Source of the DNA: Gammaproteobacteria bacterium | GTDB lineage: Bacteria; Pseudomonadota; Gammaproteobacteria; Ga0077536 | Direction of reading: 5' to 3' | DNA length: 64,000 nt | Assembly: GCA_963662545.2 (NCBI GenBank) | Contig: CAXXLL010000002.1 | Location: 320,001 to 384,000, forward strand | Shown: positions 9,180 to 20,252 of the stretch, in pieces | Numbering within the stretch: the stretch's first letter is position 1 | Layout: every line of letters begins with the position of its first letter | The notes under the pieces: generated by a model | Told to the model about the DNA's origin: nothing | Seen by the model: the letters and a program-made list of their open reading frames with translations, nothing else | Databases searched by the model: none | Translations under genes and position numbers: made by a program

Positions 9180-10493
9180 CTAGCGGTCTCGCCAACCTAT
9201 GATGGCGCGGGAACGTTCACCGAATTCGGGCATCGCTGCGATACCAGCCAGCATTGCCGCGATGATCAGGATGCCAACGACCAGAAACACACCCGGGATC
9301 GGTACACCGAGGCCGTAAAGACCCATCGTGAACAGAGCCGAAACGACCATGAACAATGCATTGCTGACGTTGAGCGCGGCGACCATACGCGCGCAGCGCG
9401 GTCCTGCAACGCGCGCCTGCAGAGATGCATAAAGCGGCACGATGAAGAGTGCGCCGCAGGCACCGATCAAGCATAGATCGACGAACGTTCGGACCGCGGG
9501 TCCGTAGAAGAAGAAAGTGCTCAGGCTCAGCGCATCGGATGATGCTTTTGGAGTTCCGGCAAGAAAAACATCGAATGAGGCCAGAGCCAGGCCCAAAGCC
9601 GCTGGCGGTACGAGGCCGAGTTCGATGCGAGCGCGCGAAAAACGTTCGCACAGCAGAGAGCCCGTGCCAATGCCTACCGTGAATGCGGCGCTGAGCAGGG
9701 TCACCGCTTGCGCGTCGGCATTCAGTAACTCCTTTCCGAAGGTCGGCACCATGCTTAGATAAGTTGCGCCAACGAACCAGAATCCGGAAATCAAAAGGAT
9801 GATGGTCAAGACATCGCGATCGTCCGCCGCATCGCGCAGGATCCGCACGGTCGAACGGACGGGATTCAAATCGATCCGCATCCCGGCCGCGCTCGGCGCC
9901 GCCGGTGGGATGTACCCCGCCGACAGACGGCCCAGTATCGCGAGCACCATGACCGCGACGATGACCAGCCCCGGTCCTAGATCGTCCACGCTGGCTAACA
10001 TACCCCCACATACGCCGCCGAGGAGGATCGCGACGTAGGTGCCCATTTGGATCAGCCCGTTGCCCCCCGTCAATTCGGTCTCTTTGAGATGCTGGGGCAG
10101 GATCGCGTATTTAAGCGGACCGAAGAAAGTGGATTGGGCGCCCATGAGGAATAGCACGGTTAGCAGGAAGTAGAGATCTTCCAGCCAAAATCCGGCAGCA
10201 CCCAGACCCATGACGAAAATTTCCGTTGTCTTGATGCGTCGAATGAGGCGAGATTTTTCGTATCTGTCCGCGATCTGGCCGGCCAGGGCGGAGAACAAGA
10301 AAAATGGCAGTATGAAAATCCCGCCGGTCAGGACCACCAGCATGCGCGTATCCATGCCCGTTCGCTCGGCAACGGTAAAGGTCACGAAGATTATCAGCGC
10401 GAAGCGGAAGACGTTGTCGTTAAATGCCCCGAAGAATTGCGTGTAAAACAAAGGTGCGAACCGGTCGGAACGCAACAGCTCGTACTGGCTCAT
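9180..10493 (-). CDS. MFS transporter, lysophospholipid transporter LplT/Aas-associated type
   Basis: RFAPLFYTQFFGAFNDNVFR, FILPFFLFSALAGQIADRYEK, STFFGPLKYAILPQHL, GNGLI. Start reassigned to ATG 10493 (MSQYELL). Confidence 0.85.
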   Translation of the reverse strand: MSQYELLRSDRFAPLFYTQFFGAFNDNVFRFALIIFVTFTVAERTGMDTRMLVVLTGGIFILPFFLFSALAGQIADRYEKSRLIRRIKTTEIFVMGLGAAGFWLEDLYFLLTVLFLMGAQSTFFGPLKYAILPQHLKETELTGGNGLIQMGTYVAILLGGVCGGMLASVDDLGPGLVIVAVMVLAILGRLSAGYIPPAAPSAAGMRIDLNPVRSTVRILRDAADDRDVLTIILLISGFWFVGATYLSMVPTFGKELLNADAQAVTLLSAAFTVGIGTGSLLCERFSRARIELGLVPPAALGLALASFDVFLAGTPKASSDALSLSTFFFYGPAVRTFVDLCLIGACGALFIVPLYASLQARVAGPRCARMVAALNVSNALFMVVSALFTMGLYGLGVPIPGVFLVVGILIIAAMLAGIAAMPEFGERSRAIIGWRDR

Positions 10494-10584
10494 CGATCGC
10501 GGCCGGAATTCGCGGGCCGGCGCCACGCCATTAGCGTTTCTTGCCGGGTGATTGTGAGATACTCATTAAGGGGCTTAAGACGCA

Positions 10585-12036
10585 ATGTCGATAGTAACCG
10601 AACTCGACCTTCTCAAATACCGCCGCACAAAGATCGTCGCGACTATTGGACCGGCGTCGAACACGGAGGACGTCGTCGCCGATCTGATCAGCGCCGGGGT
10701 TAATGTTTTTCGCGTCAACATGTCCCACGGCAACCATGAGGGACACGCCGAAGCGATCAAGCTGATTCGCCGTGTAGCGAAAACACAGGGGTCACACACC
10801 GCAATACTCGCCGATCTCTGCGGCCCGAAGATCCGTACCGGTAAGTTCCATAATGGTGTCGCCCAGCTCCTAGCGGGCAGTGAAGTGACGGTTACTACGG
10901 CCGAGGTCATGGGCGATGAGACGGTTATCCCTTGTCAATATGAGGCGTTGCCGGATGACGTGAAACCTGGGGATCGCTTTTTATTGAACGATGGTGCGTG
11001 CGAGTTGCGCGTGTTGTCGATCGAGGGCGGCGATGTGCGCTGTACGGTCCTTGCCGGAGGCCCCGTGGGTGATCACAAGGGCATCAATCTGCCGGGCACC
11101 GCGGTCTCTGCACCATCTCTCACGGACAAGGATCGCATCGATGCAGCGTTTGCGCTCAAAATGGAGGTCGACTTTCTGGCGCTGTCGTTCGTGCGTACCG
11201 GCGCGGATATTTCGATGCTCCGCGAAATCGTCGAGGCGGCGGGATCCCCGGCCGGCATCGTCGCCAAGATAGAGAAACCCGAGGCGCTGACTAACAGCGA
11301 GGACATCATTCACCGGTCTGATGCCATCATGGTCGCGCGCGGCGATCTCGGCGTTGAACTCAATCCGGAACTCGTTCCGCTCGCGCAGGCGCAATTGATC
11401 AGCCGTGCCCGCGCGCTCAACAAACCCGTAATCGTCGCGACTCAAATGCTGGAATCGATGATCACCAGTGCGCGGCCGACCCGCGCGGAAGTTTCCGATG
11501 TATCCCATGCCGTGGCGAACGGCGCGGACGCGATCATGCTGTCCGGTGAATCCGCGGTCGGCCAATTCCCCGTCGAGGCGGTCGAAATGATGGATCGCGT
11601 CGCACGGCAGACCGAGTCCTACCACTGGCACGCCGATTTGGAATATCCGGGCGCCGTTACGGATGACCGCGAGCGCCTGCCATTCGGTGATGCCATCGCT
11701 GATGCGACCGCCAAGCTGGTCGACGACATGAACGCCCGCGCTGTCATCGTGATTTCGATGCAGGGTACGACCGCCGCCACGATCAGCGCCGCGCGACCGG
11801 CCGCGCCGGCGGTCGCTATCTCCAACGATGCGCGGACCTGCCGACGGATGAACCTGATGTGGGGAATGATTCCGCATTTCGAGGACTCGGCGGGTGCCGA
11901 AAATCCAAATCAAATCGCGCGTCGCGTGGTGAGGGAACTCGATCTTGGTCGTGCCGGTGATTACGTCGTCATGGTGCGCGGCTTCCATGCTGATCCACAG
12001 TGGAATACGCCGTCGATCACGCTGCTGCAGGTCTAA
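10585..12036 (+). CDS. pyk: Pyruvate kinase
   Basis: RRTKIVATIGPAS, RVNMSHG, AKIEKPEAL, MVARGDLGVE, ATQMLESM, RPTRAEVSDV. Confidence 0.97.
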   Translation: MSIVTELDLLKYRRTKIVATIGPASNTEDVVADLISAGVNVFRVNMSHGNHEGHAEAIKLIRRVAKTQGSHTAILADLCGPKIRTGKFHNGVAQLLAGSEVTVTTAEVMGDETVIPCQYEALPDDVKPGDRFLLNDGACELRVLSIEGGDVRCTVLAGGPVGDHKGINLPGTAVSAPSLTDKDRIDAAFALKMEVDFLALSFVRTGADISMLREIVEAAGSPAGIVAKIEKPEALTNSEDIIHRSDAIMVARGDLGVELNPELVPLAQAQLISRARALNKPVIVATQMLESMITSARPTRAEVSDVSHAVANGADAIMLSGESAVGQFPVEAVEMMDRVARQTESYHWHADLEYPGAVTDDRERLPFGDAIADATAKLVDDMNARAVIVISMQGTTAATISAARPAAPAVAISNDARTCRRMNLMWGMIPHFEDSAGAENPNQIARRVVRELDLGRAGDYVVMVRGFHADPQWNTPSITLLQV

Positions 12037-12041
12037 TCGTC

Positions 12042-13703
12042 ATGTCGAGAATCGTCGCCGCCTTGCTCCTTGCTATTGCGCTGGTCCCGTCCGCCGCGAC
12101 CGAGACGATGCTGCTCGATCAGGGGTGGAACGATCATGACCGCGCTTGGTTTTATCACGTCAACCAGGGTTCCCGCCTGCTTTCTTATGGGGTGTTCATG
12201 GCGCTGGAAGCGGTGGATGGTCGAGGCTTGTTCCGCAGCGATGCCAATCTGCGCCGCTACGGCTATATCCCCGCACCGCCCACACAATACAACCCCGACG
12301 GGCTACCCATCGGCTTCGCACGCGATCGCGATTACGTGGGCCTGACCTGTGCGGCCTGCCACACCAGTGAGTTTGAATACGGGGGCGTGCGTGTTCGCAT
12401 CGAGGGCGGACAAGCGCACATCGATCTTCAATCGATGCTCGACGATTTGGAACGTGCGCTCGCCGCCACGCTCGAAGACACTAAGCGGTTAGTGCATTTT
12501 CAGCAACGCCTAAAAGTGAATGGCACTCCGGGCAATGCGAAAGCCCTGCTGGAACAGACTTTCGCAGCGCGCCGTGATGAAAATATGCGGAACCATACCG
12601 AGCTTCGATTCGGTTATGCCCGGCTCGATGCTTTCGGTGCGATCCTCAATAAGGGGCTGGCGCTTACCGGTGTCGATGGGAATCACAATCCGCTGAATGC
12701 GCCGACCAGCTACCCTTATATATGGGACACGCCGCACCACGACTGGGTCGAGTGGAACGGATCGTCATCGAATCCGTTAGAGGGGGCGTTGGCCCGTAAC
12801 GTGGGCGAGGTCATCGGCGTTTACGGCCACGTCGACGTCGAACGCCGTAAGCTATTCGGGCTGATCGACCGCGGCTATTCGTCCTCGGTGCGCTTACGCG
12901 CCCTCAGACGCATTGAAAAGCACGTGGTCCGCTTGCAGTCGCCCGTCTGGCCGGAGACCGTTTTGCCGCGCATCGATAGCGATCTCGCTGGACGAGGCAA
13001 GCCCTTATATGACACGTATTGCGGTGCGTGCCATCTGCCGATTGATCGCACGGACGCGGCTCGCAAGATCAAGGTGAGAATGAGCAGTCTCGAGCGGGCG
13101 GGTACGGACCCCGCGATGGCGCGCAATGCCATCGAACGACTCGGGCGTTCCGGGCGGTTCGAGGGGGAGCTTCGTTTCTATCTCGGTGGCGATACCCTGG
13201 CTGCGGAAGCGCCGGCGCTTTATATCGTCAATCATGTCATGGCTGGCGTGCTTAGCCACGGAATCGACCAGGTGTTGCTGGCGCAGCGCGACGCCCGCTT
13301 GATGGGACATGGCCCGGAACGACACCCGCGGAAATATCTCGACGGCGAACTCATGGAGGCGGGTACCGAAACCACGGTCGAAGCACTGCTCGCCTACAAG
13401 GCGCGCCCCCTGAACGGTGTCTGGGCAACCGCACCTTATCTGCATAACGGTTCCATTCCGAACCTCGAGGAAATGTTATTGCCCGCTGCACAGCGCGCGA
13501 AGAAATTCCTCCTCGGACGCTGGCTCTTCGACCCCGCTAAAGTTGGGTATACACAACAACTCAGTAAAGGTTACTTCCTGTATGACACCAGTCTGCCCGG
13601 CAACAGCAATGCCGGGCATGAATATGGCACGGGCAAGGACGGCAGCCCGGCGCTCGATCAGGGCCAACGTAAAGCGCTGCTCGAATACCTCAAGACGCTG
13701 TAG
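12042..13703 (+). CDS. Exported di-heme c-type cytochrome, RoxA-like / CcP-MauG superfamily
   Basis: Signal peptide MSRIVAALLLAIALVPSAA (ATG 12042); two CXXCH (CAACH, CGACH); YKARPLNGVWATAPYLHNGSIP; GNSNAGHEYG; ALLEYLKTL. Confidence 0.88.
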   Translation: MSRIVAALLLAIALVPSAATETMLLDQGWNDHDRAWFYHVNQGSRLLSYGVFMALEAVDGRGLFRSDANLRRYGYIPAPPTQYNPDGLPIGFARDRDYVGLTCAACHTSEFEYGGVRVRIEGGQAHIDLQSMLDDLERALAATLEDTKRLVHFQQRLKVNGTPGNAKALLEQTFAARRDENMRNHTELRFGYARLDAFGAILNKGLALTGVDGNHNPLNAPTSYPYIWDTPHHDWVEWNGSSSNPLEGALARNVGEVIGVYGHVDVERRKLFGLIDRGYSSSVRLRALRRIEKHVVRLQSPVWPETVLPRIDSDLAGRGKPLYDTYCGACHLPIDRTDAARKIKVRMSSLERAGTDPAMARNAIERLGRSGRFEGELRFYLGGDTLAAEAPALYIVNHVMAGVLSHGIDQVLLAQRDARLMGHGPERHPRKYLDGELMEAGTETTVEALLAYKARPLNGVWATAPYLHNGSIPNLEEMLLPAAQRAKKFLLGRWLFDPAKVGYTQQLSKGYFLYDTSLPGNSNAGHEYGTGKDGSPALDQGQRKALLEYLKTL

Positions 13704-13892
13704 GGGAAAATTCCAATCTGAAATCCGAGTCACATACGGCCTGTCGATCCAACGAACATCCGACGCCAAACACTGATTTCGAAAAAGTCCCGAGGCCTAT
13801 GAACAGGGTCCAATAAAGACTTGCGGGAATCTAAGATTTCGGGGTAAGCCCGGCTGCGGCTGGAGCGGGTATTCGCCCAGGGTCAATCCGGC

Positions 13893-15356
13893 TCATTCGA
13901 CGCGCAAACTCAGCCGCGGCTGTTCCAGCAGCAGGAACAATACGTTGTCCGCGAATGCCGGGTCTTCAGTCAATCCCAGGTGATCGCTGAAAAGGAACTG
14001 CACGCCGCTCCAGGCAATCGGCGACTGTAGCATTCCGCGCCGCATCGTCCCGGCCCGCTCGTCGAGTAATGCACTGCTGCGCAGTACGCTGCCATCGCCC
14101 GGACCCGTCGTGCGTATGGACAACTCGCCGGTCGACACGTCGACTTCGGCCTGGGCGTTGGTTTCGGCGGCGTCGCCCGCGACCAGGTGCAGGGAGAGGC
14201 CGGGCGGCGGCACCGCTGGCGCATCCATGGCCTGGTGAAAGTGCACGGCGCGCGCGAGCGATTTCTGCAGGTGATCGCGCGCGATCGCGAGGCGCTGGTC
14301 GCGTTTCAGCACGCCCGGCAGTAGGACCTTCAGGATCTCATCCTGATCCGGATCGACCAGGCCCCATTTCATACGGATCCAGAGTTCGGGATCGGTGATG
14401 TCCAGGGGCGTTTCGGGATCGGCGCTGTCGACCAGGGGCCGATGCCTTGTACGCGGTATGAGTTGATAGATCGCGGGCATGGTGCCGAGTATCGCGGCGT
14501 CGTAGCTCGGCAGGCTGGGCAGCAAGTGCACGCCCTCCACCAGATGTTTGAAGCTGTCGACCGATCCCGCGCTGGGCGTGCCGATGAAAATCACGCGTTC
14601 GACGTGGCGCGCGCCTGCCCAGGTCAATTCGGGCAGCGAGCCGTCCGCGGGCAGATCCTGGGTTCCGTAGCGCAGGTAGTAGCGGGCCACGAGGCCGCCC
14701 ATCGAGTGCGCGACGATGTCGAATTTGACTTCGTGGTCGGCAATGCCGAACCGGCGCTCGGTTTCGCGCTTTACGTAGGCCTGCTTCTCGATGATGTAGT
14801 CGTGGAGTTTTTTGGCGCTTTCCACCAGGTCGCGGCGCCAGTCATAGGCGAACTGGAAACAGGTATAGTGACGGTCGCCGTAATCGACGGCGTTCGCCTC
14901 CCCGATTTCTTCGTCACGGTAGCCCCCGACCCCCAGGGTTTTCAGAATCCGGTGATACGCCTTGAGTTCTACGCTGAGACCGAGGAAAGAGACCTTGATG
15001 CGGTCGAGCGCCCCTTCCGCAGTCAGGTTGTCAGTGAGTTCCGCCAACGAGGCGCCGATGGTCATCGGCAGCGCCAGCAGTCGTACCTCTTCGGGATCGG
15101 TCGGTTTGGCGAAGCCGGCGCCCCAGGCGCCCCAGACAACCTTGCCGTCCTCCACCGTGGTCAGCCGGGAGCCGAGTATGCCCGGGATCAGGATGACCGG
15201 ATTGCGTTCCGGCGATTCGTTCATCGCGAGTTCGCTGTAGAGGAAACCCAGGTCCGGCGAGGTGACTTCGGATTCGCAGCCGGGTAGCAAGGCGGCGCAT
15301 GCGAGGACGAGAAAGCGACGGATAGGGCGGTGAAGATAGATCATCGGCCGGAACAC
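13893..15356 (-). CDS. Alpha/beta-hydrolase lipoprotein, LCAT/phospholipase-acyltransferase-like
   Basis: Lipobox LPGC; PVILIPGILGS; FAYDWRR; IVAHSMGG nucleophile elbow; GTPSAGS; GDGSV; late His (SDHLGL). Alternative ATG at 15344. Confidence 0.85.
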   Translation of the reverse strand: MFRPMIYLHRPIRRFLVLACAALLPGCESEVTSPDLGFLYSELAMNESPERNPVILIPGILGSRLTTVEDGKVVWGAWGAGFAKPTDPEEVRLLALPMTIGASLAELTDNLTAEGALDRIKVSFLGLSVELKAYHRILKTLGVGGYRDEEIGEANAVDYGDRHYTCFQFAYDWRRDLVESAKKLHDYIIEKQAYVKRETERRFGIADHEVKFDIVAHSMGGLVARYYLRYGTQDLPADGSLPELTWAGARHVERVIFIGTPSAGSVDSFKHLVEGVHLLPSLPSYDAAILGTMPAIYQLIPRTRHRPLVDSADPETPLDITDPELWIRMKWGLVDPDQDEILKVLLPGVLKRDQRLAIARDHLQKSLARAVHFHQAMDAPAVPPPGLSLHLVAGDAAETNAQAEVDVSTGELSIRTTGPGDGSVLRSSALLDERAGTMRRGMLQSPIAWSGVQFLFSDHLGLTEDPAFADNVLFLLLEQPRLSLRVE

Positions 15357-15361
15357 CTCGG

Positions 15362-16435
15362 TTAATCGACCATCACATTCCGGGGTTCGTCTGCCACGAT
15401 TCTATTCCGGGCTCTGCGGAATTTCGATATCTCGTCGTAAATGACACGGCGCGCGCGACTGATCCCCCCGAGCGGCCGGTGCTCCGGAAGGACACGCCAG
15501 GGGTTGAAGGACAGATTTTCGCAAAACGCCATGCGGCCGGGTGAATCAAAAGTCTGTGCTGGAATCTCGATCTTCGCCACTGGAATAAAAGGCGAACGGC
15601 TTTCGCTCCATTCCCGGCTGGGGTCTTCAATCGGCATGGAAGCTGCATCGGATTGAAACTGCAGGGAAAACTCGAAGCAGGCATCGCCCGCCGCCAGCCG
15701 AGCGCCGAGTTGGCGTGCGAGAAAATCGTCCGGCGGTGTCTGCGGCAGGGGGGTGTTGGCGCGCGTACACGGGCTAGCACTGTATTTTACCGCACGGCCG
15801 TCACCGAACCGGTAAGCCACCATGCTGAACCAGCGAAGGTCGAGCAGATCGGCATGCCGCGCGAGCATCTCGCGGACGATCATGAAGGCCCGCAGGTGCG
15901 AATCGAAGGGATTGAAAAAAAACGACAGCGCGCGGTCGTCGGCGAAGGCCTCGAATGCCTGCGAGTAGGTCGCGACATCTGGAAACACGAACACCGGATG
16001 TGAGACCAGGAGGAAATCCTGGGTACGGGCATTCGGGTCAGGTTCGAACAACTTTGAACCATCCACTTCCAGGAGCTTAAGGGCCATGCCCCGGACGTCT
16101 GCTTCGATGTCCGCTTGGGGATCGGCGTTGTTGGAAAACCGGATCCATACCGGGTAGCTCGCGCCTGCTTGAAATACACCGACTTGCAGCTCGGCGGGTA
16201 AATCTGCATCGATGGCGAAGCTTCCATGCACGCAACCATGGTGTTTAGGGTGCGCCCCACGGCGTGTCAGTTCACCGCCATCACGCGCTTCGATGGCGTC
16301 CGTGAACATCGATACCACCCGTTCGATTTCGGCGGCTTCGCCTGGGGGCACGCGCTCTTCTGCGACGCCGGGCAGGTCTTGTTGGGAACAGGCGGCGAGA
16401 AAAATGAGGCTGCAGCTCAGGGCAATACCCGGCAT
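15362..16435 (-). CDS. Catalase-related heme lipoprotein (y4iL-like small catalase fold)
   Basis: Start reassigned to ATG 16435 (MPGIALSCSLIFLAAC lipobox); RRGAHPKHHGC distal His, RFSN, DVRGMALK, MPIED, LSFNPW, RPLGGISRARRVIY proximal Tyr. Confidence 0.88.
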   Translation of the reverse strand: MPGIALSCSLIFLAACSQQDLPGVAEERVPPGEAAEIERVVSMFTDAIEARDGGELTRRGAHPKHHGCVHGSFAIDADLPAELQVGVFQAGASYPVWIRFSNNADPQADIEADVRGMALKLLEVDGSKLFEPDPNARTQDFLLVSHPVFVFPDVATYSQAFEAFADDRALSFFFNPFDSHLRAFMIVREMLARHADLLDLRWFSMVAYRFGDGRAVKYSASPCTRANTPLPQTPPDDFLARQLGARLAAGDACFEFSLQFQSDAASMPIEDPSREWSESRSPFIPVAKIEIPAQTFDSPGRMAFCENLSFNPWRVLPEHRPLGGISRARRVIYDEISKFRRARNRIVADEPRNVMVD

Positions 16436-16460
16436 CGCAGCCAGGTGGCTTGCCCGCCGC

Positions 16461-16907
16461 TCAGAACGGGATATCGTCGTCAAATTCGTCCGTCGGTTGC
16501 TCGGACGGTCCCGGTGCCGAAGCCGAAGCCGAAGCATCGCCGCTCTTCACGGGGGCGCCACCCCCGGTACCGCGGCCGCCCAACATCTGCATTTCATTGG
16601 CGACGATTTCGGTGGTATAGCGGTCATTCCCGTCGCGGTCCTGCCATTTGCGAGTTTGAATGCGTCCTTCGACATAGATTTGCGAACCTTTATGCAAGTA
16701 CTGTTCTACGATTTCCGCCAAGCGTCCGAAGAACACTACCCGGTGCCATTCTGTCCGTTCCTGTTGTTCAGCGCTCTCTTTATCGCGCCATGATTCAGCG
16801 GTGGCCAACCTTACGTTGGCAACCGCGCTGCCGTTTGTGGTGTAGCGAATCTCCGGATCCGCGCCGAGGTTACCGATCAGAGTGGCCTTGTTGATTCCGC
16901 GTGCCAT
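16461..16907 (-). CDS. ssb: Single-stranded DNA-binding protein
   Basis: [22 protein letters not shown]...TEWHRVV...C-terminal DDDIPF; start at ATG 16907. Confidence 0.98.
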   Translation of the reverse strand: MARGINKATLIGNLGADPEIRYTTNGSAVANVRLATAESWRDKESAEQQERTEWHRVVFFGRLAEIVEQYLHKGSQIYVEGRIQTRKWQDRDGNDRYTTEIVANEMQMLGGRGTGGGAPVKSGDASASASAPGPSEQPTDEFDDDIPF

Positions 16908-17384
16908 GGGTGCTTTCTCCCTAGTGATTATTGAGTCGTCCTTGATTCTCGAACCGACTATGAATCCGCCTCGACTCTCATGGTCCGCGATCATGCGGTT
17001 GCGGGTGGGCTCATAACGGAGTCTCGGATTCTACCGAAGGTAAACGATGACGTCAGTCCTTTGAACGGGCCAGGAGGCTCTTGGCGATGAATCGCGCGAA
17101 GTCGATTCGGGCGCGGCAGACCAGGGCGCGGCCCGGCAGAACCGGCATTAATCCAAGGATTTCTGCATTCAGCTTGCCACCGACCCCACCCGTAAACACG
17201 ACGAGAGATTAGAACGTGACCCAGCCGCCCGGTCTAGCAACACCAGGCGATCCGCCATCCGTGAGGGAGCGAGCTAGCGATGAAGTGAAATCGACTTGGG
17301 CGAGCCTGAAAAAACGCCGTATAGTACTCGTTTGATCTTTGCGCGCCGGTTGAACGACGCGCAGAAATTGATTGCCACTATCTA

Positions 17385-20237
17385 ATGAAAACCATACAAC
17401 TGCGCGGGGCGCGCACTCACAACTTGAAAAACGTCGATGTCGATCTGCCCCGTGATCGGCTCATCGTCATCACCGGGCTTTCGGGATCGGGTAAATCCTC
17501 CCTCGCCTTCGACACGATATATGCCGAAGGGCAGCGCCGCTACGTCGAGTCCCTGTCGGCTTACGCCCGGCAATTCCTCTCCGTGATGGAGAAACCCGAT
17601 ATCGATCACATCGAAGGCCTTTCGCCGGCCATCTCAATCGAGCAAAAATCAACTTCGCACAATCCGCGCTCGACGGTGGGAACGATCACGGAGATATACG
17701 ATTACCTGCGGCTATTATTCGCGCGGGTGGGCGAGCCGCGATGCCCGGATCATGCAGAGGTGCTGGAGGCGCAGGCGGTGTCGCAGATGGTCGACCAGGT
17801 TCTCGCCCAGCCCGAGGATTCGAGGTGGATCCTGCTCGCTCCGGTTGTACGCGGACGCAAGGGCGAGCATCACCAGGTGTTTGAACACCTGATCCGCCTC
17901 GGCTACGTTCGCGCGCAAGTTGACGGTGAAATCGTGATGCTCGACGAACCACCCGTGCTCGCGTTACGCAAGAAACATGACATTGACGTAGTCGTCGATC
18001 GCTTCAAGGTGCGTGAAGACTTGAGGTTGAGACTCACCGAGTCGTTCGAGTCAGCCTTAGAGCTTGGCGAAGGGGTCGCGCGGGTACGGTCGATGGAAGG
18101 AAATAGTCCGGAATTGCTGTTCTCCTCCCGTTTCGCATGCCCAGTCTGTGGATACAGCATTAACGAACTCGAACCACGTCTGTTTTCCTTCAACAATCCC
18201 GTCGGCGCTTGTGCGTCTTGTGACGGCCTCGGCGTGGTTCAGTACTTTGACGAGCAGCGCGTGGTACAGCGTCCGGAAATCAGTCTGCCCGCCGGCGCCA
18301 TTCGGGGTTGGGATCGTCGCAATGCTTATTATTTTCAACTGATCAACGCGCTGGCACGCCATTACGAATTCGATATCGACACGCCTTATTGCGACCTGCC
18401 GGAGTCCGTGCGCACGATCATCTTGCGCGGGAGTGGCAAGACCGAGATTGTATTCACCTATTTCAAGTCAGGCGGGCGAACCTATAAGCGTAAACATCCG
18501 TTCGAGGGCGTGATGAACAATATGGAGCGGCGCTACCGCGAGACCGATTCGAATGTGGTGCGCGAAGATCTCGCGCGTTACCTCGGCAGCAAGCCATGCC
18601 CCGACTGCGATGGCACGCGCCTGAACCGTGCTGCGCGCAACGTGTTCGTGAATGAGATGAACGTGGCCGCGATCACGGCGAAGCCGATCGGGATGGCATA
18701 TGAGTTTTTCGAAGCACTGGAATTGCCAGGTCAGCGTGGCGAGATCGCGGAAAAGATCGTCAAGGAAGTGCGCTTGAGGCTCCAGTTCCTGGTCAACGTA
18801 GGACTCGATTACCTCGCGCTGGATCGCAGCGCCGATACGCTTTCCGGAGGCGAAGCCCAGCGCATTCGACTTGCGAGCCAGATCGGCGCCGGCCTGGTCG
18901 GCGTGATGTACATCCTGGACGAACCTTCCATCGGCCTGCATCAACGCGACAATCAACGCCTGCTGAAAACACTGCGGCATCTGCGCGACCTCGGGAACAC
19001 GGTGATCGTGGTCGAGCACGATGAAGAAGCGATCCGGGCGGCGGACCACGTGGTGGACATGGGCCCTGGCGCCGGCGTGCACGGCGGGAATATCGTGGCC
19101 GAGGGGATTCCGGATGCGATCGCCGCATGCCCCGAATCCCTCACCGGACAATACCTATCCGGAAGGCGCGCGATCGAGATCCCTACCATGCGGGTAGCGG
19201 CCAATCCCAAACGCATGCTCGAAATCTTCGGCGCCTGCGGCAATAACCTGAAATACATAGACGTGCAGATCCCGGTCGGGCTGATGACCTGCGTCACGGG
19301 CGTATCGGGGTCCGGCAAATCGACCCTGGTTAACGACACGCTCTACCGCGTCACCGCGCGCGAACTCAACGCTGCGACGGTCAGCGTTGCGGAGTATCGC
19401 GAGATCAAAGGACTTGATCAGTTCGACAAGGTGGTCGATATCGACCAGAGCCCAATCGGCCGCACGCCGCGTTCAAACCCCGCCACTTACACGGGACTGT
19501 TCACGCCGATCCGGGATTTGTTTGCGGCGATGCCCGAGGCCCGTTCACGCGGCTATAAGCCGGGACGGTTCAGTTTCAATGTCAAGGGTGGGCGCTGCGA
19601 TACTTGTCAGGGAGATGGGCTAATCAAGGTCGAAATGCATTTTCTGCCTGATATCTACGTGGCCTGCGACCTGTGCAAGGGATCGCGCTACAACCGCGAA
19701 ACACTGGAAATAGCCTACAAGGGTAAGTCCATTAGCGATGTCCTGGAAATGACGGTCGAAGAAGCGCGCCAGTTCTTCGATGCCATTCCTGCGGTCGCCG
19801 CCAAGCTGCAAACACTGACGGAAGTCGGCCTGTCGTATATTCGCCTCGGGCAGAACGCGACGACGCTTTCCGGCGGCGAGGCGCAGCGCGTCAAACTCTC
19901 GCGTGAGTTATCGAAACGCGATACGGGTAAAACACTCTACATCCTTGACGAGCCCACGACCGGGTTGCATTTTCATGACATCAAGCAATTGCTCAAAGTT
20001 CTCCATCGGTTGCGCGATCACGGCAATACCATCGTCGTCATCGAGCACAATCTCGATGTCATCAAGACCGCCGACTGGATCATCGACCTCGGTCCCGAGG
20101 GGGGCGACAAGGGCGGTGAGGTGATCGCAACGGGCACGCCCGAGACCGTCGCCGAAAACCCGGTCTCCTACACGGGACAGTTCCTCAATCGGGTATTGTA
20201 CAAACGCGGCGAAATCACCGAGCGCATCTCCGCCTGA
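17385..20237 (+). CDS. uvrA: Excinuclease ABC subunit A
   Basis: [23 protein letters not shown], two ABC domains, zinc fingers, LSGGEAQR twice. Confidence 0.99.
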   Translation: MKTIQLRGARTHNLKNVDVDLPRDRLIVITGLSGSGKSSLAFDTIYAEGQRRYVESLSAYARQFLSVMEKPDIDHIEGLSPAISIEQKSTSHNPRSTVGTITEIYDYLRLLFARVGEPRCPDHAEVLEAQAVSQMVDQVLAQPEDSRWILLAPVVRGRKGEHHQVFEHLIRLGYVRAQVDGEIVMLDEPPVLALRKKHDIDVVVDRFKVREDLRLRLTESFESALELGEGVARVRSMEGNSPELLFSSRFACPVCGYSINELEPRLFSFNNPVGACASCDGLGVVQYFDEQRVVQRPEISLPAGAIRGWDRRNAYYFQLINALARHYEFDIDTPYCDLPESVRTIILRGSGKTEIVFTYFKSGGRTYKRKHPFEGVMNNMERRYRETDSNVVREDLARYLGSKPCPDCDGTRLNRAARNVFVNEMNVAAITAKPIGMAYEFFEALELPGQRGEIAEKIVKEVRLRLQFLVNVGLDYLALDRSADTLSGGEAQRIRLASQIGAGLVGVMYILDEPSIGLHQRDNQRLLKTLRHLRDLGNTVIVVEHDEEAIRAADHVVDMGPGAGVHGGNIVAEGIPDAIAACPESLTGQYLSGRRAIEIPTMRVAANPKRMLEIFGACGNNLKYIDVQIPVGLMTCVTGVSGSGKSTLVNDTLYRVTARELNAATVSVAEYREIKGLDQFDKVVDIDQSPIGRTPRSNPATYTGLFTPIRDLFAAMPEARSRGYKPGRFSFNVKGGRCDTCQGDGLIKVEMHFLPDIYVACDLCKGSRYNRETLEIAYKGKSISDVLEMTVEEARQFFDAIPAVAAKLQTLTEVGLSYIRLGQNATTLSGGEAQRVKLSRELSKRDTGKTLYILDEPTTGLHFHDIKQLLKVLHRLRDHGNTIVVIEHNLDVIKTADWIIDLGPEGGDKGGEVIATGTPETVAENPVSYTGQFLNRVLYKRGEITERISA

Positions 20238-20252
20238 ACCCGAGTTCGCGCT

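Noticed and set aside
16436-16537. Catalase ORF overlapping the ssb 3' end; likewise the extended starts of mpl, apbC, pomB, dctQ, surA and the response regulator
   Set aside because: Longest-ORF artefacts; downstream starts give the proper family N-termini or signal peptides.
16908-17384. LexA box or hidden gene in the ssb-uvrA gap
   Set aside because: No CTGT-N8-ACAG seen, and no convincing ORF or RNA structure.
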